From contig JBBAPZ010000009.1 in NCBI GenBank assembly GCA_040400605.1, positions 1 to 15,503 on the forward strand: DNA of 15,503 bases, in the 5' to 3' direction. This document shows, in pieces, positions 7,656 to 15,503 of the stretch. Origin of the DNA: Candidatus Sericytochromatia bacterium (GTDB taxonomy: Bacteria > Cyanobacteriota > Sericytochromatia > S15B-MN24 > JAQBPE01). The notes below the pieces were generated by a model that was not told the origin of the DNA, did not search any database, and was given only the letters and a program-made list of their open reading frames with translations. Made by a program: the position numbers and the translations under genes. Numbering within the stretch: position 1 is the first letter of the stretch; each line of letters begins with the position of its first letter.

Positions 7656-7728
7656 CTCCGCCTACTGGACTCGAACCAGTGACCTAGTGATTAACAGTCA
7701 CCCGCTCTACCGACTGAGCTAAGGCGGA
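7656..7728 (-). tRNA. tRNA-Asn (anticodon GTT)
   Basis: Minus strand reads TCCGCCTTAGCTCAGTCGGTAGAGCGGGTGACTGTTAATCACTAGGTCACTGGTTCGAGTCCAGTAGGCGGAG: 7-bp acceptor stem, D arm, anticodon loop CT-GTT-AA, T loop TTCGAGT, discriminator G. CCA is not encoded (next bases are CTA). Confidence 0.98.
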
Positions 7729-7760
7729 ATGTGGAGGAGCGATGTGCTCAACACAGTTAA

Positions 7761-7789
7761 ACTTTACCAACCACACCGACGGGTGTCAA
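7761..7789 (-). promoter_or_regulatory. Sigma70-type promoter of tRNA-Asn
   Basis: TTGACA (7789-7784), 17-nt spacer, TAAAGT (7766-7761), with an extended -10 TG. Lies about 32 nt upstream of the mature tRNA. Confidence 0.85.
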
Positions 7790-8016
7790 GCAACATCCAG
7801 CGCAATGTCACCGAACGGTGATAATCGGATCCCCCCAAGCGGCGGTGAAACGCCTGAAAGAACCAGATCGCGCGCGACGCTAATTCAAGATTCAGCTTCG
7901 GTTAATTATGTGTAAAATTCGGCAAGCTGAACGTTCTAGATAGCGATGACAATGGTGAATAACCGTTAAGGGCTTACGTGTACAGTTTTTAAAGCGTGAT
8001 TAAGAGGGTCGCATCG

Positions 8017-9063
8017 ATGAACATGAGTACGATCGCAAAACGCCTTCAGATGCCGGGTGTGCTGGCAGCCCCGGTGCGAAATATGGGCCAGGAATTGCCG
8101 GTGCGGCCGATTCCCGGGTGGGATGCCGAGTCCATTCGCGCGGGTCTTGCCAAGACGCGTGCGGGTGCGATCGCAGACATACAGCAACGCATCGGCAAAG
8201 AAAGCAAGCTCATGCTGCAAGCTGGGACCCATACCCAACTCCTGCTGCAGCCAACACCAACTGGCAAAGGCACCGCCGTGCTGCTGCACGGTTGGTCGGC
8301 CGGAACCTGGCAATACGATGAACTGGCGCCTGAACTGTTCAAACAAGGCTACGATGTTTACATCCCGCGCCTGCCCGGTCATGGATTCAAAAAGGCCAAT
8401 GGCGCCCATGACCCCCAGTTCCTGCCCAAAGCGGGTGAGCCGGATGCTTACACACGCTTCGCTGACGTGATTTACGATGATGTGAAGCGTTTAGGTGGAC
8501 CAATCAAGTTGGTCGGACTGTCTGGCGGTGGTGCGATCGCCCTGGATATCGCAACCCGGCACGACGATGTCAAGGCAACTGTCGCCATGGCACCGTTTTT
8601 GACCATTCCCAAGCTCGAAAAATTCGGACCGATTGTGGACATCATCGACAAGATCTGGTTCGGCACCGGACGCTCCATTTTGAACCGTATCCCTTACGGT
8701 TGGGGCAAAAATGAAATCAGAACCCCCGGACATCACGAGTTCAAGCTCGGCAATGTGACCGGTGCGCGCCGCTATGGTGCCGGGGTTGGCAAACGTTTGC
8801 CACAAGGCAAGGTTCCCGCCCAGATCATTACAACGGCGATTGATCGCAGCGCCAGTTCCACTTTGGTCGAACGCTGGTTCAAGAAAGGCATGCCGGAACG
8901 CTCCGGTTGGTTCGAATTTAAAACCGCCGACCAGGTCCCTCACCCGATGATTGCCAAGGCCAATAACCCAAATGATGTCGCGCGTGCGCAGATCCGACAG
9001 ATGATCACCCAATATCTGGAGACCGGCGAACCGCTCCAACAACCCCCGGAACGCCTGCGTTAA
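8017..9063 (+). CDS. Alpha/beta-fold hydrolase (esterase/lipase-like)
   Basis: Oxyanion motif VLLHGW, PRLPGHG, nucleophile elbow GLSGGG (GxSxG), candidate Asp (TAIDRS) and His (VPHPM). Start placed at ATG 8017 after the RBS AAGAGGG at 8002-8008; the ORF track starts at 7996. Confidence 0.88.
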   Translation: MNMSTIAKRLQMPGVLAAPVRNMGQELPVRPIPGWDAESIRAGLAKTRAGAIADIQQRIGKESKLMLQAGTHTQLLLQPTPTGKGTAVLLHGWSAGTWQYDELAPELFKQGYDVYIPRLPGHGFKKANGAHDPQFLPKAGEPDAYTRFADVIYDDVKRLGGPIKLVGLSGGGAIALDIATRHDDVKATVAMAPFLTIPKLEKFGPIVDIIDKIWFGTGRSILNRIPYGWGKNEIRTPGHHEFKLGNVTGARRYGAGVGKRLPQGKVPAQIITTAIDRSASSTLVERWFKKGMPERSGWFEFKTADQVPHPMIAKANNPNDVARAQIRQMITQYLETGEPLQQPPERLR

Positions 9064-9455
9064 CGTACCCAAACCTTGGTTCCCAGCTGTTCGAGCGGAT
9101 TCTAATAACAGCCGGCCCGTGAACCGGGTGACTCTCTGGACCAGCGGTTGTATTGCGTTACGAGCGGAAGGCACGGCTACCGAACCAAGATGGTCAGTTC
9201 ATCCATCCATTCTTCCCGACTGTCTCAAACACCGTGTGGAGGAACAAGCCTTGTAGCGGTTGCTTTAAACGATAATCCGTGGCTTTATTTTTAAACCTTG
9301 TATGGTAATCGCCAACCTATCGTTCACTCGCGTACCGGTATTCAGCAAAAAGTCAAAATTTGGTCATCGATGCGCTTTGGTAGGGCGTGCCTCCGATGCG
9401 TTTAAACCCGTCCGTGTTGGGGTTCAATGCCACTAGCCAGCGAGGAGGATGAGCA

Positions 9456-9980
9456 ATGGACTGCCCAGTTTGCAAGGTGGAGTTGGTTAACGTCAGCGTT
9501 GGCAAGGTCTTGATTGACGCCTGTCTCAATGGCTGCGGCGGTCTTTGGTTTGACCAGATGGAACTGCGCAAGTTCGATGAGCCTCACGAGGCCTTTGATG
9601 AAAAGCTTCTCAAGCTGGAAAACACGCGCCCACAGTCCATCCGACCCAAAAAATTACGATGTCCGCGCTGCAAAACGATCGTCATGATGCGTCATTTCTT
9701 CAGCATCAAACGCAATGTTGAAGTGGATGAATGCGCCCAATGTGGCGGCGTTTGGCTCGACGCTGGCGAATTGGACGCCATTCGCAGCGAATTTACCAGT
9801 GAGTCGGCAAAACTGGCGGCAGCCGAGAATTACTTCGCCGCACGCTTCGACGAGGACCTCAAAGCGGCCCGCAAAGAAAGCGAGGCCAGTTACGAGTGGA
9901 CACGCCAGATCGCCCATCTGCTGCGTTTCATCAGTCCCAGCTATTATCTGCCCGGCAAATCAAAGAATTCCCATACCTGA
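9456..9980 (+). CDS. Double zinc-ribbon protein (two zf-TFIIB-like domains)
   Basis: Two repeats of CPxC...(I/V)DxC-x2-3-CGG(L/V)W(F/L)DxxEL (C3/C6/C23/C27 and C69/C72/C93/C96). RBS GAGGAGG upstream. Confidence 0.88.
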   Translation: MDCPVCKVELVNVSVGKVLIDACLNGCGGLWFDQMELRKFDEPHEAFDEKLLKLENTRPQSIRPKKLRCPRCKTIVMMRHFFSIKRNVEVDECAQCGGVWLDAGELDAIRSEFTSESAKLAAAENYFAARFDEDLKAARKESEASYEWTRQIAHLLRFISPSYYLPGKSKNSHT

Positions 9981-10160
9981 AGGGGACGCCAGTGCCGCTG
10001 ACGCCGTTCGGTGATCAATCACCCGTGCCGTGAAAACAGGGTCCGGGGAGGCCTTGACGAGTGGTGATTTCAGCAACGCGATCCATTCAACACAGAAAAC
10101 TGAAACGCGCCGTGAACTGGTGTATCGGTAGGAGAGGCTTGGGCAGCAGTCGATGTGCGT

Positions 10161-11537
10161 TTAAAACGTGGTACGACCTGAAAAGCGGAAATCGTGAATG
10201 CGCAGGGCTGGGGCCCGGTTACCGCCATCAAAGTAGTTTCGTTCCAACTTGGTGGTATTGCCAATGAGATCGACACGCTGTAGCGCATCCGTGATGCGAT
10301 GGGTAAAACGCATGTTTTGCAGGGGCTTGGTCAGGCGGCCATCCTCAATCAAAAAGGTGCCATCGCGTGTCATACCCGTCAGCAAGGTTTGCTTGGTATC
10401 GAGTTGGTTGCAGTAGTGAAAACGGGTGACCCAAATGCCACGCTCGGTGGATTCCAGCATCGCTTGCTTGCTGTGGGTGCCGGGTGCCATGAACAAATTG
10501 GCGGCCTGTGGACCACTGCCAAAAAATTCGGATCCGCGTGAACGGTGGCCACTCGATGAGCAGCCCAAGCGTTCAGCACTGCGACGATCCGTCACCGGTG
10601 CCAGGATGCGTCCGGCATCGACCAGTTGAACCTTTTGACGCGGCATACCCTCCGCATCAAAAGGAATCGGAATGCCAGTGGGGTCCAGCCCATCGTCCCA
10701 AATCGAAATGCCGGGGTGCAACACAGGTGTGGCCGTACCCCGGGCCATAAACGATCGCCCCTCCAAGACCCGTTGGGCATTGGCGCCCATGCCCAGATAC
10801 TGCAACAGATCCAACACGGCGTATTCTTCGAGAATGACCGTGTAGTGACCCGGCTCCAGACTGACGGGACGGCGCGAGCGCAACGCTTTATCAATCGCCT
10901 CCTCCGCGAGGGCTTCTTTGCACACCAGGCTGGCATCGAGATCCGTCACGGCAGCCCAACCGGAAGAGTCATCAGACATCACAACGGTGTTGAAGTCCGC
11001 CAATGTGTGCGCATGATAGGCCCAAAGGCCGTGATGATTGGCGATCGCCACTTCGTGCAGCCCGGTAGCAAAAGCGCCGGACGCAACGAGACCGACACGC
11101 TCCGCGCCACCGCACACATGCTTGACTACATTTGCGCGATCCTGTGGTGAAAACGCCAAGGTGGTCTGCTTGAGCGCCGCCGGCCGCGCATAGACAGCCG
11201 CCTTCGCAAAGCCGGGAAAGTGTGGATCCGGCGGCTGCACCAAAGCGAGGTGACGCACCTGGGCAATCAGTTGTCGCAAGCCTGACTCCGACGTATCATT
11301 CGTCCGACAAAGCGCCAGACGTCCCTCAACGGCAACCTCCACCTCGACGCTCAAGTCCTGTTCACACATATGCTGGTGAACCTGGTTATTGGCGAAACGT
11401 GTCAAATGGCTCGTATGCGCCATCACCGTGACCTGTGCATCCATGCCGCGAGCGAACGCGAGTACGCGCGCGGCCAGGGACTGCAAATGAGTCTCACCAA
11501 ACGCGACTTTGGCACCCGTGATTGATGTCGGTTTCAT
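10161..11537 (-). CDS. tldE: TldE/PmbA-family protein (non-catalytic partner of TldD)
   Basis: LTRFANNQVHQ, LEPGHYTVILE, PFDAEG, TGMTRDGTFLIEDG and NMRF motifs; no HExxxH. The ATG at 11537 overlaps the tldD stop (ATGA); the ORF-track extension to 11651 lies inside tldD. Confidence 0.9.
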   Translation of the reverse strand: MKPTSITGAKVAFGETHLQSLAARVLAFARGMDAQVTVMAHTSHLTRFANNQVHQHMCEQDLSVEVEVAVEGRLALCRTNDTSESGLRQLIAQVRHLALVQPPDPHFPGFAKAAVYARPAALKQTTLAFSPQDRANVVKHVCGGAERVGLVASGAFATGLHEVAIANHHGLWAYHAHTLADFNTVVMSDDSSGWAAVTDLDASLVCKEALAEEAIDKALRSRRPVSLEPGHYTVILEEYAVLDLLQYLGMGANAQRVLEGRSFMARGTATPVLHPGISIWDDGLDPTGIPIPFDAEGMPRQKVQLVDAGRILAPVTDRRSAERLGCSSSGHRSRGSEFFGSGPQAANLFMAPGTHSKQAMLESTERGIWVTRFHYCNQLDTKQTLLTGMTRDGTFLIEDGRLTKPLQNMRFTHRITDALQRVDLIGNTTKLERNYFDGGNRAPALRIHDFRFSGRTTF

Positions 11538-13006
11538 CGTGCAACCCCCACGCGCACGTTGCGAAAACGTGCTGGACTGGCGCCATGACCCACATGGGCC
11601 ACCTGCAAAGGTTGCCCCTTGCCACAATTGGGTGTACCCCAGATTTGCCACTCATCAGGACCGGCGATCGCATCGCACGATGCCCAAAACTGCGGCGTGA
11701 TACCCGTGTAGGTCGGGTTCTTGAGCAAGCGACGCTTGCGGCCACCTTTGATCTCCCACGCCATCTGCGCCCCAAATTGAAAATTGACCCGCTTGTCATC
11801 AATGCTCCAACTGCGATTGGTCAACATATAGATACCGTCTTCCGTGTCTCCAATCATCTCCTCAAGACTGGAATCTCCCGGTTCGAGATTCACGTTGGTC
11901 ATTCGCACCATTGGAATGCGATTCCAACCATCCGCCCGTGCCATCCCGCCGCTCGCCTGTTTCAAGCGACTGGCGGTTTCGCGGCAACTCAAGAATCCAA
12001 CAAACTCACCAGCCGTGATGATGGGCACGCGTTGCGCCGGTACGCCTTCATCGTCGTAACCAAAGGTGCCCAACCCGCCAGGCAAGGTGGCATCCGCGGT
12101 GACGTTGACGATCGATGAACCGTAGCGATAGGTGCCACGCATGCCAGGATTCAGAAAACTGGTGCCCGCGTAAGCCGCCTCGTAACCGAATACCCGGTCC
12201 AGTTCGATGGCGTGGCCGATCGACTCATGAACCTGCAGAGCCAACTGGGTCGGATCAAGGATGAGCGTGGTCTCAACCGCCGGACAAGTGTCGGCCTTCA
12301 GTAACGCCACCGCCTCGTGCGCAATGATTGGCGCATGGGCCGGCAAATCCAGGTGTCGCACCAATTCATAGCCCGCCGTAGCCTGATGACGCCCGAACGA
12401 ATTGGGATACGAGCGCACCTGCACTTCGTGCTCGTTGACCGCAATCGCGTCAATGCCACACCCGGTTTCGATCAGCACCTGCTCGATCCAGGCCCCCTCT
12501 GTACTCGCAAACAACTTGTGTTCCCGTACGCACCCAATTGTTCCGGCACTGCCAACAATCCCTGGCACCGCCCGCATAGCAGCTTCTGCCGCCAGCAAAG
12601 TAGCCAGCTTTTCTTCCACCGAGACGGCGAAAGGGTCCTCCTGAATGGGGGTTTCATACCGCGCCACAAGTGTCTGGGCCTCACCCAGTGTCACAGGGAC
12701 CAAAGCTGTACTGGCGCTTGCTTTGGCGATCGCCAAAGCCAACTCCGTGGCCTCCTGTATCGCCGACAATGTCCACGCAGGCCCCGACGCAAAACCCCAG
12801 GCGCCCTGCCACAAGACCCTCACGCCGAACCCCTGTGAACAGTCCCGACGCACAACGTCCGGCACGCCATCCTTCGTTGCAACCAACTCCTCCTCGCGCT
12901 GCACCAATCGGATGTCGGCATAGCCCGCGCCCCGCAATTGCGCCAGGTTCAACGCACCATCCACCAACTCACGCTGCAGCGACGCAGGCATCCACTCCTT
13001 TATCAC
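11534..13006 (-). CDS. tldD: TldD-family metalloprotease
   Basis: YADIR, GFGVRVL..GAWGFAS, metal-binding HESIGH (HExxxH), ELDRV, YDDEGV, RMTN and C-terminal NCGKGQP (Cys ligand). Start placed at GTG 13006 behind the RBS AAGGGAGG. Confidence 0.93.
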   Translation of the reverse strand: MIKEWMPASLQRELVDGALNLAQLRGAGYADIRLVQREEELVATKDGVPDVVRRDCSQGFGVRVLWQGAWGFASGPAWTLSAIQEATELALAIAKASASTALVPVTLGEAQTLVARYETPIQEDPFAVSVEEKLATLLAAEAAMRAVPGIVGSAGTIGCVREHKLFASTEGAWIEQVLIETGCGIDAIAVNEHEVQVRSYPNSFGRHQATAGYELVRHLDLPAHAPIIAHEAVALLKADTCPAVETTLILDPTQLALQVHESIGHAIELDRVFGYEAAYAGTSFLNPGMRGTYRYGSSIVNVTADATLPGGLGTFGYDDEGVPAQRVPIITAGEFVGFLSCRETASRLKQASGGMARADGWNRIPMVRMTNVNLEPGDSSLEEMIGDTEDGIYMLTNRSWSIDDKRVNFQFGAQMAWEIKGGRKRRLLKNPTYTGITPQFWASCDAIAGPDEWQIWGTPNCGKGQPLQVAHVGHGASPARFRNVRVGVAR

Positions 13007-13029
13007 GGTGTTCCCTCCCTTATGCATCA

Positions 13030-14382
13030 TTAACGACGAGACAAGGCATCAGCCAGCGGGATAACCTCAATCGATCGACGTGGTGAGGGGCGCATCGAAG
13101 GCATCGGCTTCGCTGCAGCCTCTCGCGCCTGCAGCCGCGCAACCGCATCAGGTGCCCAGATATCGCGCGGCAAACGCGCAGTAACCCCAGACGGCGGCAC
13201 CCACCACCATTCGAGCGCCTCGGACCCATCACCCTGACTCACCCAATCAATCCGAACATCATGCCAACCCGCACTCAAAGCGCGTTCCCATTCGCGACCC
13301 CGACCGGGCTCGAGGGGCGATCGCTCAAAAACAAGCACACCATCTATCCAAAAACGCGCCGCTTGCCCCGAAGCCAACCAAATGCGGTAAACACCCGCCA
13401 CACCCACTTTCATGCGCCCCGCTAAGCGCAATACCTGCCAGGGCGCATTTCCATCCGTTGCCCAAACCACTTCAGGGTGAGGCACCAACAGCGTTTCTGC
13501 ATCGGCACCAAACACTTCGTCCGACGGTAAGTCCGCTTGAACGCCGTCTCCCAAAACCCGTCTCATCAACAAACCAACATCCGGTTGAACGACACCCTCA
13601 GGTGCCTCATCTGGGCGCAGCACCTTAATCGTGCGCGTTGGGGTCACCCCGGCGACGCTCAGTGACTGAGCCCCAGCGCTCAACCCCGTTGCAGGCACCC
13701 GAAACACCCAACGCGTCGAGTCGGTCAAAACAGGCTTCACCGCCACACGACCTAGCGTGACCACCGCATTAGATTGCAGATTTCGGCCCTCCAGATACAC
13801 CAGGGTTCCCGGTCGCGCAACAGTGGGCCACAGCGCGTCAATGTTGGGTGACGGTGCAGGACTCACACCCGGCGAGGCCGTTCTCAAAACCGGTGACGCC
13901 ATTGGCGCGGCTGACGGGCCACGCACCGCGACGATTGGCATCAACTGCGCCGGTTGCAGCTTGGGCGACACACGGCTTGAGCCATCCACATTCACGACAA
14001 TCTCGCGCTCACTCACCACTTGCTGGTTACCCACCGTGATAGTCAACCGAATCACGACAGATCCAGGCTCCCATCGCCCATCAGGACCCTCCGCACGCCA
14101 GAGTGCACCTGGCCCGACCACGTCACTCAGCGTTCCTGCCGTGGTCTCCCACTCATATTGCCAAGGGGTCGCGCCTTCACCCTCCAGGCGCGACGCGAGC
14201 GCGAAAATCTGCGACGGACCAAAACCCACTTCAGGCGAGACATCGATCATCGACTCACGCGTCCGCAAAAGCGCCGCGGTCGAATCGCCGGGTTCCTGAA
14301 CAACCGGTGTCACACAAGCAAACACGCTCAAAACAACCAAGAGCTTGAGCACAGCATGAACGGCCCGTCGCATCACGCGCAT
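13030..14382 (-). CDS. Putative lipoprotein with Ig/PKD-like, IPT/TIG and PA14-like domains
   Basis: Basic N-terminus, hydrophobic stretch and lipobox VFAC; WQYEWETTAGTL (PKD-like); Pro/Ser/Ala linker; PNIDALWPTVARPGTLVYLEGRNL (IPT/TIG); GVYRIWL...RFWIDG...LSAGWHDVRIDW...WWVPP (PA14). Start is ATG 14382 or GTG 14385 after GAGAGG. Confidence 0.75.
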   Translation of the reverse strand: MRVMRRAVHAVLKLLVVLSVFACVTPVVQEPGDSTAALLRTRESMIDVSPEVGFGPSQIFALASRLEGEGATPWQYEWETTAGTLSDVVGPGALWRAEGPDGRWEPGSVVIRLTITVGNQQVVSEREIVVNVDGSSRVSPKLQPAQLMPIVAVRGPSAAPMASPVLRTASPGVSPAPSPNIDALWPTVARPGTLVYLEGRNLQSNAVVTLGRVAVKPVLTDSTRWVFRVPATGLSAGAQSLSVAGVTPTRTIKVLRPDEAPEGVVQPDVGLLMRRVLGDGVQADLPSDEVFGADAETLLVPHPEVVWATDGNAPWQVLRLAGRMKVGVAGVYRIWLASGQAARFWIDGVLVFERSPLEPGRGREWERALSAGWHDVRIDWVSQGDGSEALEWWWVPPSGVTARLPRDIWAPDAVARLQAREAAAKPMPSMRPSPRRSIEVIPLADALSRR

Positions 14383-14394
14383 CACAATGGCCTC

Positions 14395-15171
14395 TCAACC
14401 CGGGATACGGAACACACGGCGCGTATTCTCCGCAGTGATGCGCGCCAATTCTTCGAACGCAACCCCTTTCAAACGCGCAATCTGCTCCGCCACGTGTACC
14501 ACATGCGCCGGCTCATTGCGTTTGCCGCGCCTCGGTACCGGCGCCAGATAGGGCGAGTCCGTCTCAATCAGCAAATGCGACAATGGTACAGCGCTTGCCA
14601 CAGCCTGCAGATTCACCGCGTTCTTGAACGTCACAGGCCCCGCAAACGAAATCACCATCCCAAGCGCCATGCACGCCTCGGCCAGTTCCAGGCTGCCCGA
14701 AAAACAATGCATCACACCGCCAGAACGCCGATTCAGGTTCTCGGTCAAAAGCGCCAAAACATCCCCGTGGGCGTCGCGATCGTGCACAATAATCGGTAGG
14801 TCCAATTCAGCAGCCAGACGCACCTGGTCGCGCATCACCGTCTTTTGCAGCTCACGTGGCGCAAAATCATAATGATAATCCAACCCGATTTCACCCACGG
14901 CAACCACCTTGGGATGGGTTGCCGCCTCACGAATCCAATCAACTGAGCGCTCATCCCACGTCAACGCCTCGTGCGGGTGCACACCGACGGCGGCAAACAC
15001 AGCTTCACAGGCATTCGTCAAACCCAAGACCCGGTCCCAGTCGGAGCGCGTGATGGATGGCACCACCATCGCAACGACACCGGATGCTTGGGCACGGGCG
15101 ATCACCTCATCGCGATCACCATCAAAAGCTTCCACGTCCAAATGACAATGGGAATCAATCAACCCCAGCAC
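14395..15171 (-). CDS. tatD: TatD-family metal-dependent deoxyribonuclease/hydrolase
   Basis: IDSHCHL, GVHPH, VGEIGLDY, IIVHDR, VMHCFSG, IETDSPY and GKRNEP. Start is GTG 15171 or TTG 15162; both overlap the metG 3' end. Confidence 0.95.
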   Translation of the reverse strand: MLGLIDSHCHLDVEAFDGDRDEVIARAQASGVVAMVVPSITRSDWDRVLGLTNACEAVFAAVGVHPHEALTWDERSVDWIREAATHPKVVAVGEIGLDYHYDFAPRELQKTVMRDQVRLAAELDLPIIVHDRDAHGDVLALLTENLNRRSGGVMHCFSGSLELAEACMALGMVISFAGPVTFKNAVNLQAVASAVPLSHLLIETDSPYLAPVPRRGKRNEPAHVVHVAEQIARLKGVAFEELARITAENTRRVFRIPG

Positions 15172-15503
15172 GTGACTTCTTCTTGCCTCCGGTTGTCCCA
15201 GCCAACGCATCTTCAATCCGAGGATAAATGGGGCCGCCAGGATGGGTCTGCGTCCCAGTTTTCAGACCTCCCCAGGTGAGATCCGCCCAACGCTGCGCAT
15301 CAAGTGGCAACGCCACTCCCAACTGTTCCCAGATCCTTGATGCCAAATGCGGTATAAATGGTGACACCAAAATGGCGACCACTCGCAACGCTTCCAGCAC
15401 GCCATACAGCACACCACCAAGGGCGTTCATTTCTCCTGCCTTGGCCAAAGCCCACGGTGCCTGTTGATCGATATACTTGTTGATGGCATCAATCAACCCC
15501 CAA
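15155..15503 (-). CDS. metG: Methionine--tRNA ligase, 3' end (anticodon-binding domain); truncated by the window edge
   Basis: NKYIDQQAPWALAK, LEALRVVAILVSPFIP..ASRIWEQLG and PIYPRIE are characteristic of the MetRS anticodon-binding helical domain. The frame is open to the window end. metG-tatD adjacency is known from Firmicutes. Confidence 0.93.
   Translation of the reverse strand, partial: WGLIDAINKYIDQQAPWALAKAGEMNALGGVLYGVLEALRVVAILVSPFIPHLASRIWEQLGVALPLDAQRWADLTWGGLKTGTQTHPGGPIYPRIEDALAGTTGGKKKSRAGVD

Noticed and set aside
2200..7728. Genomic island (CA-SulP-TCS) integrated at the 3' end of tRNA-Asn, with the HTH gene as its excisionase
   Set aside because: There is no integrase. I found no duplicate of the tRNA 3' end (CTCCGCCTACTGG on the plus strand) elsewhere in the window, and the tRNA retains its own terminator.
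9115..9171. SRP RNA-like fragments (CCCGTGAACCGGGT and CGGAAGG) or a twister-like ribozyme
   Set aside because: The contiguous SRP core CAGG-CCGGAAGG-AGCAGC is absent, and the conserved twister loop nucleotides are missing.
10161..13006. TldD/TldE as part of a RiPP (microcin-like) biosynthetic cluster
   Set aside because: No YcaO, dehydrogenase, radical SAM, transporter or credible precursor peptide gene is present in the window.
291..15467. Many alternative-frame and antisense ORFs in the track (for example 291-773, 7160-7585, 8491-9174, 11522-12118, 14020-14799)
   Set aside because: Most overlap well-supported genes, and none shows recognisable motifs. They are typical shadow ORFs of moderately GC-rich DNA.
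1..15503. CRISPR array, IS element, intron, retron or toxin-antitoxin locus
   Set aside because: I saw no regularly spaced 25-45 nt repeats and no transposase, reverse transcriptase or recognisable toxin ORF.

Overview
This is a bacterial chromosomal window with no integrase, transposase, CRISPR array or rRNA. From left to right it holds: a def-udk operon; a stand-alone small excisionase/HTH_17-like DNA-binding protein with a strong terminator hairpin; a minus-strand beta-carbonic anhydrase + SulP/STAS transporter operon, transcribed divergently from an OmpR-family response regulator + HAMP histidine kinase; tRNA-Asn(GTT) with its own promoter and terminator; an alpha/beta hydrolase; a double zinc-ribbon (zf-TFIIB-like) protein; and a minus-strand run of metG (3' end), tatD, an IPT/PA14 lipoprotein, tldD and tldE. 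The most interesting signal is four CTGAA direct repeats at exact 11-bp spacing (4930-4967) in the divergent promoter between the carbonic anhydrase-SulP operon and the two-component pair. This suggests a self-contained, two-component-regulated CO2/bicarbonate/pH module. Two intergenic regions (about 2316-2528 and 9073-9194) fold by eye into long nested rods and are candidate ncRNAs. Protein style and gene order look Terrabacteria-like, possibly a non-photosynthetic relative of cyanobacteria, but that is only an impression. All family calls come from motif recognition, not database searches.
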